Origin: Paraspadella gotoi
Taxonomy: Eukaryota > Animalia > Chaetognatha
Direction of reading: 5' to 3'
Length of the DNA: 64,000 bases
Assembly (NCBI GenBank): GCA_051294375.1
Contig: CM119265.1
Span: 9,370,772-9,434,771, forward strand
A program made the translations under genes and the position numbers. The notes under the pieces were generated by a model. It was not told where the DNA came from, did not search any database, and was given only the letters and a program-made list of their open reading frames with translations. Position 1 is the first letter of the stretch, and each line of letters starts with the position of its first letter. Positions 38,401-49,100 of the stretch are shown here, in pieces.

Positions 38401-39595
38401 ATTCAGAACTCGAAGTTGAAAGAAAAAAAATCACTGCAAAGCAACCTGAACTTCACAAATCACTAAAAACATAACTCACCCCTGCCCAAGAAAACTGAAA
38501 AGAAAATAGAACTCGATCTAGATTAGGTCCTGATTGAGTACTATTATGGCAACGGGAGGATAGCCTGTGATACCCGGGGCGCGGGGTATCTCACTAACTG
38601 GCGTAGGGGCTGCGGACCCTCAGTGACCGCCTCCTGTCACTGGCATGTTTATACCGGCACCGTCACATTTAAGCCAGAACCGGGATACCCAGGGATTGAA
38701 CCCGGGACGCACGGATGGAATGAGATGATTTAGCCTGCTCAGCCATTGAGACGAGGCTGAGGACGGACAGCAGTGAGGCAGCTTTAAGTCTTGCTGCCAC
38801 ACTATTCGAATATTATCGACACGTCTCACCTGAAGACGCCATAATTGAGCGCGACGGCGGCGTCGTCGGTCATGAGTTGCAAGAGTTTAATTCCTGCCAA
38901 ATCGCAAGCGGCAGCGACGGCGCGCCTTTCGGCTTGGGAAAAGTAGGCGGGGACGGTGACGACGGCGCCGGCGATGGGCTGCTCCGCGAAGTTTGACGCC
39001 GTATCTTGAGCCTTGTTCAGAATCATCGCCAGAAGCTCCTCGGGACTTAACAAAAAAAGTTTGTCATGGTTCCCATGCATCTTTCAAAAAAAAAAGCCAC
39101 CATAATGAATACCTGAAATCTTCATTGTCGCTTTTCTTTAAAGTAACAGTGCCTCGCCCTTTCTTCTCGCCAAGGGCGATGTGAGGATAGGTCCTACGGT
39201 AATTGTCTACGAGGGGATGGTCCAACGTCTTGGCCAGGAGATCGTTGAGAAACCGAAACGCAGTCGGCGGTCTTTTCATCGAAGCTAAGAATAGAAAAGA
39301 ATAGGAATTTTGTGATTATTTGAATAATTTCGTGCAACAGATTGGTTTCTCTGAGCTCACCCGCCAAAGCGGCGTCCCCGAAGGATCGCTCCCCATCTTT
39401 GAACGCCACGATGTTGGCAGTTTTACGTCGGCCCTCTTTGTTGAGCGCGATTTCCATGGGAACGCCCGGCTTGACGATGGCGATTTTGAGGAACTCGCTT
39501 CCCAAGTCTACCGACATAACGGCCAAGGGCGACACTACCGTCGCCCAGTTACACAGCAAGAGTGATACCGTCGCCGCGAACCAACACCCCCGCAT
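35486..39595 (-). CDS. HYOU1: Hypoxia up-regulated protein 1 (GRP170, ER Hsp70-family nucleotide exchange factor), multi-exon
   Basis: Signal peptide then AVMSVDLGSEFLKIAIVKPGVPMEIALNKE, VTVPAYFSQAERRA, ALNYGVFR, DRTLGG, acidic/Lys-rich insert, C-terminal DDEL ER-retrieval signal. Confidence 0.95.
38545..38801 (-). mobile_element. Solo LTR of a divergent sister family
   Basis: Termini TGTGGC...GTTGCCATA, 257 bp, TSD CTAT on both sides, same series of hairpins with compensatory changes; in a HYOU1 intron. Confidence 0.88.
38598..38677 (-). ncRNA. Twister ribozyme motif, type P5 (divergent family; P2-P5, T1 and T2 fully paired, P1 minimal)
   Basis: CTGGC TTAA ATGT GA CGG TGCCGGTA T^AA ACAT GC CAGTGAC..GTCACTG AGGG TCCG CA GC CCCT AC GCCAG. 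Confidence 0.87.
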
Positions 39596-39878
39596 TTTGG
39601 TTATAGTTCACAATGTAGGCGAGAGACGATTCGAGATCTTATATCATAAGCGCAACCGGATTCTAAAGAGTACACGTGTTTTTTATCGAAACTCAGAATA
39701 AAAGAAAAATAATTGTATCTCCGAATACTATCCGGTTAATCCCTCGAAAGAAAATGGTATTGAGTTAGTCGACGTGTCTTTGGCAACGCGAACGGAAATA
39801 CGAACAAGTGGGATTCGTAGGGAAAGCCGGCGACGCGAGGAGCGACGTAATGGAGAGAACGTGCAAACAGCTGTGACT

Positions 39879-39897
39879 CGTGGAGGATGACGATTGG
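39879..39897 (-). promoter_or_regulatory. ER stress response element (ERSE) upstream of HYOU1
   Basis: Minus strand reads CCAAT-CGTCATCCT-CCACG, an exact CCAAT-N9-CCACG match, 284 bp upstream of the HYOU1 ATG. Confidence 0.75.
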
Positions 39898-40441
39898 TCC
39901 AAGTCATCTCTCCCGGCCGCGCCAAAGCTGCCACCCCAGCAGCCTACCGCCCCCGCAGCACCGCGGCACCGCTTCCTCTCCCGCCGCCGCTGCAGATGCT
40001 CTTTTCTTTTTCTCCCGTTAATTTATGCAGCCTCGTTGTCGAAAGCAGATGGCGCCTTAAGTTTGTGCTAAAGCCATTGCTGTTTGTTAAAAATTTCGTC
40101 GTGAATGATTTTTTTATGTTATTGTGTTTATTTAATAAATTTCTTTGGTCTTAAAAGAAGGATAATGCTGCAATCATTGTAATTAAGTAAATGACCTTAA
40201 CATTTTTTTATTTTTGTCTCGTAACTCGTCCACATTGCTAAGACATTGCACAATTTTGCATATTTGCAAAGAAATGTCTACTGTATTCGGTTATGCGCTA
40301 GTTTTTGTCAAACATTCAATGAGTTTCACTTTATAGGGTTCGATACTGGATATCTTCACCTTAATCCTTTGAAATATTTCTTAAAGTATTTGCTCTTCGT
40401 TTTTTAGCGACAAAGATGTGACTCTCAAGGTCTCTCAGCCT

Positions 40442-43400
40442 ATGGGGGCCAGATTCACTCTTGAAAGCCTCGATCTACGGAATTCTTCATCCCTCGTTCC
40501 CTCTTTCGACGAGGTCACCTTCCATAGACTTTCTCCGGCTCACCTGGTGCCGCCTTTGTTCTCAGGGACCGCGACCGCGACCGACTCTCGCGATGTTTCG
40601 CCGGACGTTGATTCCCCGATAACGTCAACGACAACGGCCTCTTCCAGCGCGCCTTCATTCTACGACCTCTGTCGACAGATTTTGGCGATCGTCCAACAGG
40701 TCGCCGCTCGTTTGCCGCTCGACGCGACGACTCCGTCGAGGGAGTCGACGACGATGTCCGGGCGGCCCGACGGCCAACCCGCGAGAGACGAGGAAGACGC
40801 CTTCGACGACGATATAGCTGACGCGGACGCCGTAGCGGGAAGCGACTCCGCAGCCGGAGCTGCAGAAAACGAGCAGCGTCGAGAATCGGACTCTGACTCG
40901 AGTCAGGTCGACCTCGCCAGAATCCTCCGCTTCCTCCTTCGCACCGGTCAAGTCAGATTCATGGCCGGTCAACCTTGGATCGATGGCACCAGCAGAGTAG
41001 GTGAGTACTTTCTTCTTTAATTAATATACTAATATTGTACAAGGTGACACACGAAAACCCGCCCCAAGGAAAAAATCGTCATTTGCAAAGCTGTTAATAT
41101 TTTTTTAATCTGAAATATTTTTTCTTTAGTAAAAACCAAAATCATTTATATATTCAAATTTCATATTGAGTGGTTATGATTTGACTTAGCAATGAGCGGG
41201 AAAAAATTGCTTTAAAGTCGTCTTTGATTTAAAAATTTGTTTTTTTATTTTTATTTTTTTCAATTTTTTTATTTAATTTCCTGAACATTTTTTAAAAAAC
41301 TTTTTTTAAGGCTCTTGGAAATTTGAAGAAAATTACATATTTAAGAATATTGTAAATGAAAATAAGTTTAACCACCTTTAGTTAAATAAAGTTTATCAAA
41401 AAATTTTCACAAGTTTGAAAATGATAATTTTTTTCTAGCGGCGGGTTGTCGTGTGTCACCTTGTAAAGACCTGATTAATACCAGTACCTCCACAACTTCA
41501 ACCTGATTGTCTCTGTCTTATGATATTAGTTAAAGTACAGGGACTTCAATCTGGAGCGTTACAAAAAGAATTGATTAAACTCGTAATTCTTTCACAGTAT
41601 ACTATTTTTATAACATTTTTTAGTTAATGAAAATTTTATTTTCAATAGATTTTAAAAGGAACATTTAATGATTATTAAGTATTATTAATGTTATAAAATA
41701 TTTTTGTTATTCTTTTGTGATACATGCATACGGTATATTCACACCGCCTCACATCCACCATCGTTTAACCAATCCCATTGGCTCAGAGGGGGAACGCACC
41801 ATCCCAGGCTTTGCGATCCATCCACAGTCCTAACGACTTCCCTCTGCGTTGGCAAAGCGAGACCGTCCTAGGGTAACCGCGCCAGTTACAGAAGGCGTCA
41901 CTGAGGGTCGGAAGCCAACAGTGAGATGCCCCATCCCAATGGGCATCACAGGCAACCCGGCTGTTGCCATAGTAACAGATTGAAGTCCCTGTATGTAATT
42001 TTACTTTCGCCGACCGGGGTTAGTGTGGTGAAGGGTTAATGGTGGTTTAGGGATAGTTTAGGGTTAAGAGGGGTTAGGATAATTAGGTAATATTTTTTTT
42101 AATAAATATTTTTAAATAGTTTTTTAAAAGACGCCAAAACCACGGTCGGCGAAAGTAAAATTTTGCCGAAACGGCTCCTTTCATGCGCAGAATTCCAAAT
42201 GATCACTAGCAAGAGAGACGATGAGGTGTAAGTCAATATCTTGTTTGTCAGGGAAGAAAAAGAGCTTCGATGAATTCGATTTATTTTACAGAAAAATGGC
42301 GGTCGAATAGAATTACTGAATTATTTTTCATGCCCCTTAAATTGATGCGAATCAGTTAGTCACGGAGACCTTATCAATCTGAAAAACTTTTTTGAAACTT
42401 ATTGATTGGCAGACATGAATTACGAAGAGGGCATCGGATACGGCGACGATGATGACGATTCTGATTACGTCGCGTCCGACGACGCCAATGATTCCGACTC
42501 GGACGACAATCGCGTCGTTCATCAGCCTGAGCCTGACCCCGCCCCGGATCTGCAACGTTTACAATCCTCGGATCTCATGCAGGTTTTCGCCTTGGATTTT
42601 CTCTCCTGAACTTTTAATCCTACCAATTAATTCAATTGTTTTCCCATTCTAGGAAATCCTTCAAAATTCTGGCCGAGGTCCCCTCTCCAACATCTCCACT
42701 TGCTGCATCCCGAAGCCGAGCCTCCGCTGTCTCGCCGGCAACTACCTCGTTTCCACGCGCACCATGTCGGCGGCCAATTCGGCCCAAGACATTCCCCGTC
42801 AGTCTTCTTCGACCGATCTTGCCTTCGATCCGAGCGACGCCGCCGAGGGTGATGCCTCCGGCACCCGGGCCGTCGGGTGCGTGCCCACGTGCTTCGGACG
42901 CTTCCGAAAGCGAGCGCAGGCCGCCAAGCGGGAAGAGGAAGAAGCGGAAAGATCGAAGAGAGAATTAGCCTTGAAAAGACAAGGCCTGCAAGGAAGGTAT
43001 GAATCACGTCTCAGGCTCGTTGGCGAAGGGAGTTTTCTCAAAACATGTTTATTGCAATTTCTTTTCACTCAGCGTGGGCTTTCGGAATCGTCCATTCCCT
43101 GTTGTGTTGCGGGATCGCGAGCTTGGTCTCCGTGGGGCTCGATGCAAGACGTCGCGCGGCATTTGGATGCTGGGCGATTGCAGTGCCATCTCCTCCATGT
43201 TTTTGCCCAACAAACCTTCGAGGGTTGCCGAGTTTGGGCGGTAAGTTTGATATTTATACGTTGTATTTTGACTTTCTTTTTGCTAATTAAAATAGTTTAG
43301 AGATGAAACGAAAAATTCGTTGGAATAGCACTTGCTGATGAAGACTCGTACCACTAAGAGACGAAACATGTACAATATTAAAAATAAATTGCTATTCCAA

Positions 43401-45321
43401 CGAATTTTTCGTTTCGTCTCTAAAGATATTTATACGTAAATTTACGTATTTGCTTTCAAATTTGTTTACTTTTAGGAAAGCATTTTGCGGAAGTTACTCG
43501 ACTGACGGTTGCACTTTCCTGAGCGCTTGTCAGGACAATTATATTCGCGCCTACGATTGTCGCAACGGACATTTCAAGGAGTTCAAAAAGATTCAGGCTC
43601 GTGATGTGGGATGGTCCGTGCTGGACACCGCCTTCTCTCCCGATGGTGAGAATTTTTATAAAAACTATTAAGTTGTACGTTGTACGTTGTACGTAAACAA
43701 ACAATTCATTTTCCACCTCAAACAAATAACGCAACGAAATGAAAGAAAACTATTTTTATGTTACATTTTTTAAACGGTTAACATTTAGGTTAAGGGTGGT
43801 TAAGGATTAGGGGTAGTTGGGGATTAGTGGTGGTTAGGGATAAATGATAGGGAGGTTTCAAAATAAAATTTGTAATTAAGTTTTTCTACCCTTACCAATG
43901 GCAATGTCTTTTTTTTATTTTTCCGGTAGCTCTTAAGAATCGAAACACCGAAAAATCCCGGTAGTCAAATGTAAAAATAATCCTAAGATTTTATTGATCT
44001 TACACTTCTTAATCCGGTCAGGCCTGTATTTTATATACTCCTCCTGGTCGCCCTCTGTCCATATTTGCAACATCTACGGCGACAGTCCCACTCAGATCGC
44101 GCTCGACATGCGCCCGGGAGAGCATCGCTTTGCCTGTTTCTCCATTCGATTTTCTATGGACAACCGAGAAATTATGGCCGGCGCCAACGACGGCGCCATT
44201 TATATTTATGACCGGGAAGCCTCAATGCGGACGCTCTGCATTCACGTGAGTTGTGGTGACGTTGGATCTGCTGTTTAAATCTATTATGTTGAATCACATA
44301 TGTTCCACCCCCTCCGAAAATCTTGAACCTTGGATTCCGCTCTCGAAGGCTCACGAGGACGACGTCAACACTGTCTCCTTCGCTGACGCCACCTCGCAGA
44401 TACTTTTTAGCGGCGGAGACGATGGGCTCGTAAAAGTGTGGGACAGACGCATGCTCGATGACGAACGGGCCAAACCAGTCGGCGTCTTGACTGGACATAC
44501 AGATGGCGTGACGTTCGTAGACTCCAAGGTTAAGAGAGTGGTTGGGTTTTAGGACCTCTGTTCATTTTTGTTTGAAGTTAATATACCTGGATTATTCTCA
44601 TCGTCTCTTTTGTTTTTCGCCAGGGCGACGGACGCTACCTCATTTCCAACGGAAAAGACCAGTGCGTGAAACTGTGGGATATTCGCAGGTTCGGAACACA
44701 GGATGGGGTTGACCAAGTGAGGAAGGCAGTGTCTAAGCAGAACTGGGACTACCGATGGCAGCCTGTCCCTAAGAAAAACATGAAACGCGTCAAGATCAAC
44801 GGCGACGTTTCCGTCATGACCTATAGAGGTCACGGAGTCTTGAGCACGTTGATAAGGTGAGATTGAAGTGTGGAGAAAGTTTTGACTTCGATCAAATCGT
44901 TATGGTTAAATCCTCCAAGTTAAAATAGTTTTCAGTTTAATTTCAATGTTCGTTTTCAAATATTTCTTTTTCCCCTCGTAGGTGTTACTTTTCCCCGGAA
45001 TTCACGACAGGGCAGCGATTCATTTACTCTGGATGTTCCACGGGCCGCGTTGTTATTTGGGACATCCTGACGGGACGCATCGCGAAGCGGCTTCATTCCC
45101 ATCGCCAATGCGTCCGCGACGTCAGCTGGCATCCTTACGAAAACAAGATCGTCTCTACTTCGTGGGACGGCTCCCTCTGCCAGTGGGAGTACGCCGGCGA
45201 CGACGATGACGAAATTGTTGGGAATCGGGATAAGCCCGGTCGGGACAAGGGCAACAAGTACAGTCTAAGGAGCAGGGAAGGTTCAAATAGGAACGCCGTT
45301 CAAGTTCGCGTCATGTACTGA
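40442..45321 (+). CDS. DCAF11: DDB1- and CUL4-associated factor 11 (WDR23), WD40 protein, multi-exon
   Basis: KAFCGSYSTDG, ARDVGWSVLDTAFSPDG, YSSWS, HEDDVNTVSFAD, GHTDGVTFVDSKGDGRYLISNGKDQ, WDYRWQ, MTYRGHGVLSTLIRCYFSP, VRDVSWHPYE; start codon and N-terminal exons less certain. Confidence 0.9.
41040..41463. mobile_element. Tc1/mariner-type MITE
   Basis: TIR CAAGGTGACACACGA(A/C)AACCCGCC at both ends, flanked by TA. Confidence 0.85.
41538..41991. mobile_element. TA-flanked MITE carrying a nested solo LTR
   Basis: Perfect TIR CAGGGACTTCAATCTG / CAGATTGAAGTCCCTG; the same end recurs at 26005-26020. Confidence 0.8.
41731..41971 (+). mobile_element. Solo LTR of the TRIM family nested in a TIR element
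   Basis: Homologous to the LTR consensus, 5' end eroded, 9-nt deletion after GGTCGGAAGCC. Confidence 0.85.
41997..42162. mobile_element. Short inverted-repeat element with degenerate TTAGGG-like core
   Basis: AATTTTACTTTCGCCGACCG / CGGTCGGCGAAAGTAAAATT perfect 20-bp inverted repeat. Confidence 0.7.
43296..43424. mobile_element. Small hairpin MITE
   Basis: TTTAGAGATGAAACGAAAAATTCGTTGGAATAGCA mirrored at 43390-43424. Confidence 0.7.
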
Positions 45322-46105
45322 AACTCGTTCGCCTTTTCTCGGTTTCCCGTTCAGGCGGCGGCTTAATTTGGGATCGCGGTATTTAGAGGTCGCAGTATCC
45401 TGATGCTAATGATGAAGGTGTTAGCCTGTCGCTAAGCAACATTTGAATAACATGTATTGGCAGATATTTTAACCTTCATTGTTTTCGTTGCGCGTGCTCC
45501 CACCTACTGCGGGATTTCAATTCACTATCACTTGTTATCTGTGATCCTTATAGTTTATAGGCTCGTATTTGGCGAGCTCGCCACCTTTTCTGTTGTTTTA
45601 TGGTTCATCGAAACCCCCTTCAGTTATTTATGTATTATTATTAGCCTTATTACAATCCGTATTTTTGATTCACGTTTAGATGAGACGGCCGTTATTGTCT
45701 CAATCACTCAACTTTACCCCGGATCAAAATCCCGGCAATAGGATTTCGGATAATTCCGAATTCCCATGAACTTTAACATCCGTATCGCCCGTCCCCTTTC
45801 TTTTTATTATCATTAGATTAGTTGTTTTGATACGTCCAATATGTTCTCGATTGTATAATGAGGGAAATCCAGAATAAAAGCTTACCGATGGGTACTAATT
45901 TAGAAGTTTGCTCATTTATTTCCCAGATGCCTTGAATGAAAATTGTTGTTCAAGTTGTACAAAAATGGATGAAAACTTTGCATTACCCAAAATAAGTGGT
46001 ATCAGTCGAGACTTGGCGATGACCGACAGAAACACGTGAGCGGTCGCCACAATCCTCGATATCTAATTGACTTCCGTCTCTCCGTCCTTGGCGTTCGTTT
46101 TTCGA

Positions 46106-49100
46106 ATGTATCGTCCCTCGCCCCATGAAGTCGTTGGGTTCCCGCCACCTCCTTGCCGTCCGTCCAGCATTCCCGCGTCCCGCCTCGCCTTTCCGGCTCG
46201 CCCCGGGTTCCGCGCGGGGCGTAAAAAGGTCCCATACGTGGCCCCGCCCCGGGCAATGGGACGCGAGAGCGAAGGAGAGTGGGTAAACGTTCGCGGCGAC
46301 GCCGACATCGGCGCTGATGGCGGCGGCAGAGCGGAAGAAACGGCGGTGAAAGAGATGGAGCCGACTAAGGACGCCGCCGTGGAGTTTGTGAAGAGCATGG
46401 AAAAGTGCCTGAAGGTATTTTTCCTGCGGTTTGTATCGTAATTAAGTTTTTTTTTATCTCGCCAGACGGGCTTAAAAGTGTGATATCATCGGAAGCTAAA
46501 AATTTAGATATGGCTTCTCATCATCGAGATCTTTGAAATGGTCATGTTCCATATCAATACTCGGATTTGTTTGTTTTATTTACAAAACAATACTACAAAT
46601 TACATTTTGTTTCTCTCTTTTTCTCCGTCGCTGTTTCTTATTCGTCTAAAAACGAGGTCAGCTCTGCAGCGGCTGGAGTTCTCTCTCTCATTCATACACG
46701 CATTTGTTTGTTTTATTTACAATGAATGACTATCATCGCGTCAATGAATGACTATCATCGCGTCAATGAATGACTATCATCGCGTCAATGAATGACTATC
46801 ATCGCGTCAATGAATGACTATCATCGCGTCAATGAATGACTATCATCACGTCAATGAATGACTATCATCGCGTCAATGAATGACTATCATCGCATCAGTG
46901 AATGAACTATCATTGAATAAATAATTGGTTATCATCTTGTCAATAATCAATTATTATTACATTAATAATCTATTATTATTACATTAATAATCTATTATTA
47001 TTACATTAATAATCTATTATTATTACATTAATAATCTATTACTATTACATTAATAATCTATTACTATTACATTAATAATCTATTACTATTACATCAATCA
47101 TTCGTTTTTTTTTCCGGATTTTTTAATTTTTTTTCTTTGATAGTAGCGAGATCAATATATTTTTGAGATTTGTTTTTATTTTGATTTTGCTTCCACTTCA
47201 AAGGATTTCTACGTCTTCTTCGGCGAAAGCGATTCGGAAGAGTCGGACTTCTCGGGATTCGACGACGAAGAAGTTGATCGTTCAGAGAGAGACGCCGACG
47301 ACTCCTACGTCAAAACCCTCGACGACGTCACCGTCGAAATCGATAAGCAGCGACGCGGCGAACTTGATGAAGACGAACACTATGAAGAATCTCCATCCGA
47401 GCTGCCCAAAGGCGACCGCGTCCAAAAGAACGCTTCTCGGTCCCACGATCACATACCACGCACGCTCGGTCGTGACACTTCCGTTCGTTCCTCCAAACAA
47501 TCCAAGTTCTCGAAGCGACCTTCTCCAGCCCTCATATCGACAACCTCGACCAAGCGGCGTTGCTCCGATCGTCACGCTTGTCTCGACGAGCAGTCGGCAT
47601 CTTCCGACAGTCGTCGCTCGGATCGGCTCGCGGGGGCCACGCCCGTCGCAGATAGAGACGACGCGCCGACTTCAAGAAAGAAAAGGGTTTCCGGAGCAAA
47701 TACGATGCTGGACGCTAAAATGTCTCCAACCGCTCGGACTGATTTTCCGCCGACGACGCCAGTCGCTCCCTTCCGCGGCCGATTGAAGAGCAGAACGACT
47801 TCCGTTTCTAGTGACTCGGCGCCGGATTCCTCGGAGGCCACCCCCGCTCGCACCGGCGACTCCGCCGCGTCCACCGAAAGCCCGGCGCCGCTTTCTTCCC
47901 CGGGCACGCCGCTTATTGTTAGCGGAAAGCGGGAGAGAAAACCCTCGATGAAGATAAAGATGATCGCTGCCGACCACACCGGACGAGCTGCTGGAGAGAA
48001 GATGAAGAAGTTAGGAAAGATGAACGAGTGCCACGGCTCAGGTGGTCATAAAGCGATGACCAATGGGTTTAAGAAATTGTCAACCGAAGAATCAATTTTT
48101 AAGCCCGCTGGGAAAAGACCAAAGATGGAGCCTGTTGACGAGAATACGCTTTTAGGCGTGGCTGAATCTGCTGGACCTCTGCCGCAAACAGCTGAAGACC
48201 CTTCCGAAATGTCCGACGTTCTCGATTCAATCAATGACCTAAGTAGCAAATTCTCGGAAGTCGTCGTTGGCAGACTGAAGAGCGTTTTGGCCGCCAATGC
48301 TTACCCCAACGCGTCGGAACGAGCCGATTTAGCGGCGGAGTTGGGCTTGCAGCCTAAGCAGGTTCGAAAACGGAAATTTCTGAAATCTCGAGACAAGGAA
48401 GAAACGAGTTTGTCTTATAGTGTTGCAAATTACTTATTTCAGGTCAAAAATTGGTTCGAACGTCAACGCAAGAAACTAAAGAAAATATCCCCAGATTTGG
48501 TTCTGGCCAGTTCCCCCCAACCTCACAAGCCAAAAAGCGAGCGACGCCCCTCCATGTCTCCGCCCTTGAAAGCCTCGACGACCGACTCCAATGATTTTCC
48601 GGACGACGACGACGACGCGTTAGGCGAGTTGAAAATCGATCTCGACGCTCTGCCCGACGAAGAGGGCGTGGACGAAACTTATCAATCTCTCTTGAAACTC
48701 CCATCCCGCCCGCCTCCTTCGCCCGTCGGCCTCTCTGACAATCGAATACTTCCAAGTGCCTCCGCCTCGTCCCCGGCCGTCGTCAAGAAGAAAAGGGGCG
48801 AGTTGTTCCCGCGTCCCGCGTTGATAAAACTGTGGGAGATGCTTATTCGTCACAAGGATCATCCTTTCCCTTCGCTCGAAGAAAAACAGCGCGTGGCCAA
48901 AGAGGCGGGGCTTGCCCTCAATCAAGTCTCCAAGTGGGTATTCTTCGCGCGGCAGAGAAAATATCTCCAGATGCACGACAGGATCGAAGGCTTGGAGAAT
49001 TTTATAGAAAAGAAATATTTCAGGTAGGTTTTTGAAAACGCGAGAAAGTCTTCGACAGAACCATATATCAAGGCTCAAGTTAGTTCCTTTAACCCCGGAA

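Noticed and set aside
42017-42090. Interstitial telomere or chromosome fusion site
   Set aside because: Repeats are short, degenerate and enclosed by a 20-bp inverted repeat, so a mobile element core is more likely
46721-47095. CRISPR-like periodic array
   Set aside because: Head-to-tail repeats with no unique spacers, no cas genes, eukaryotic intron
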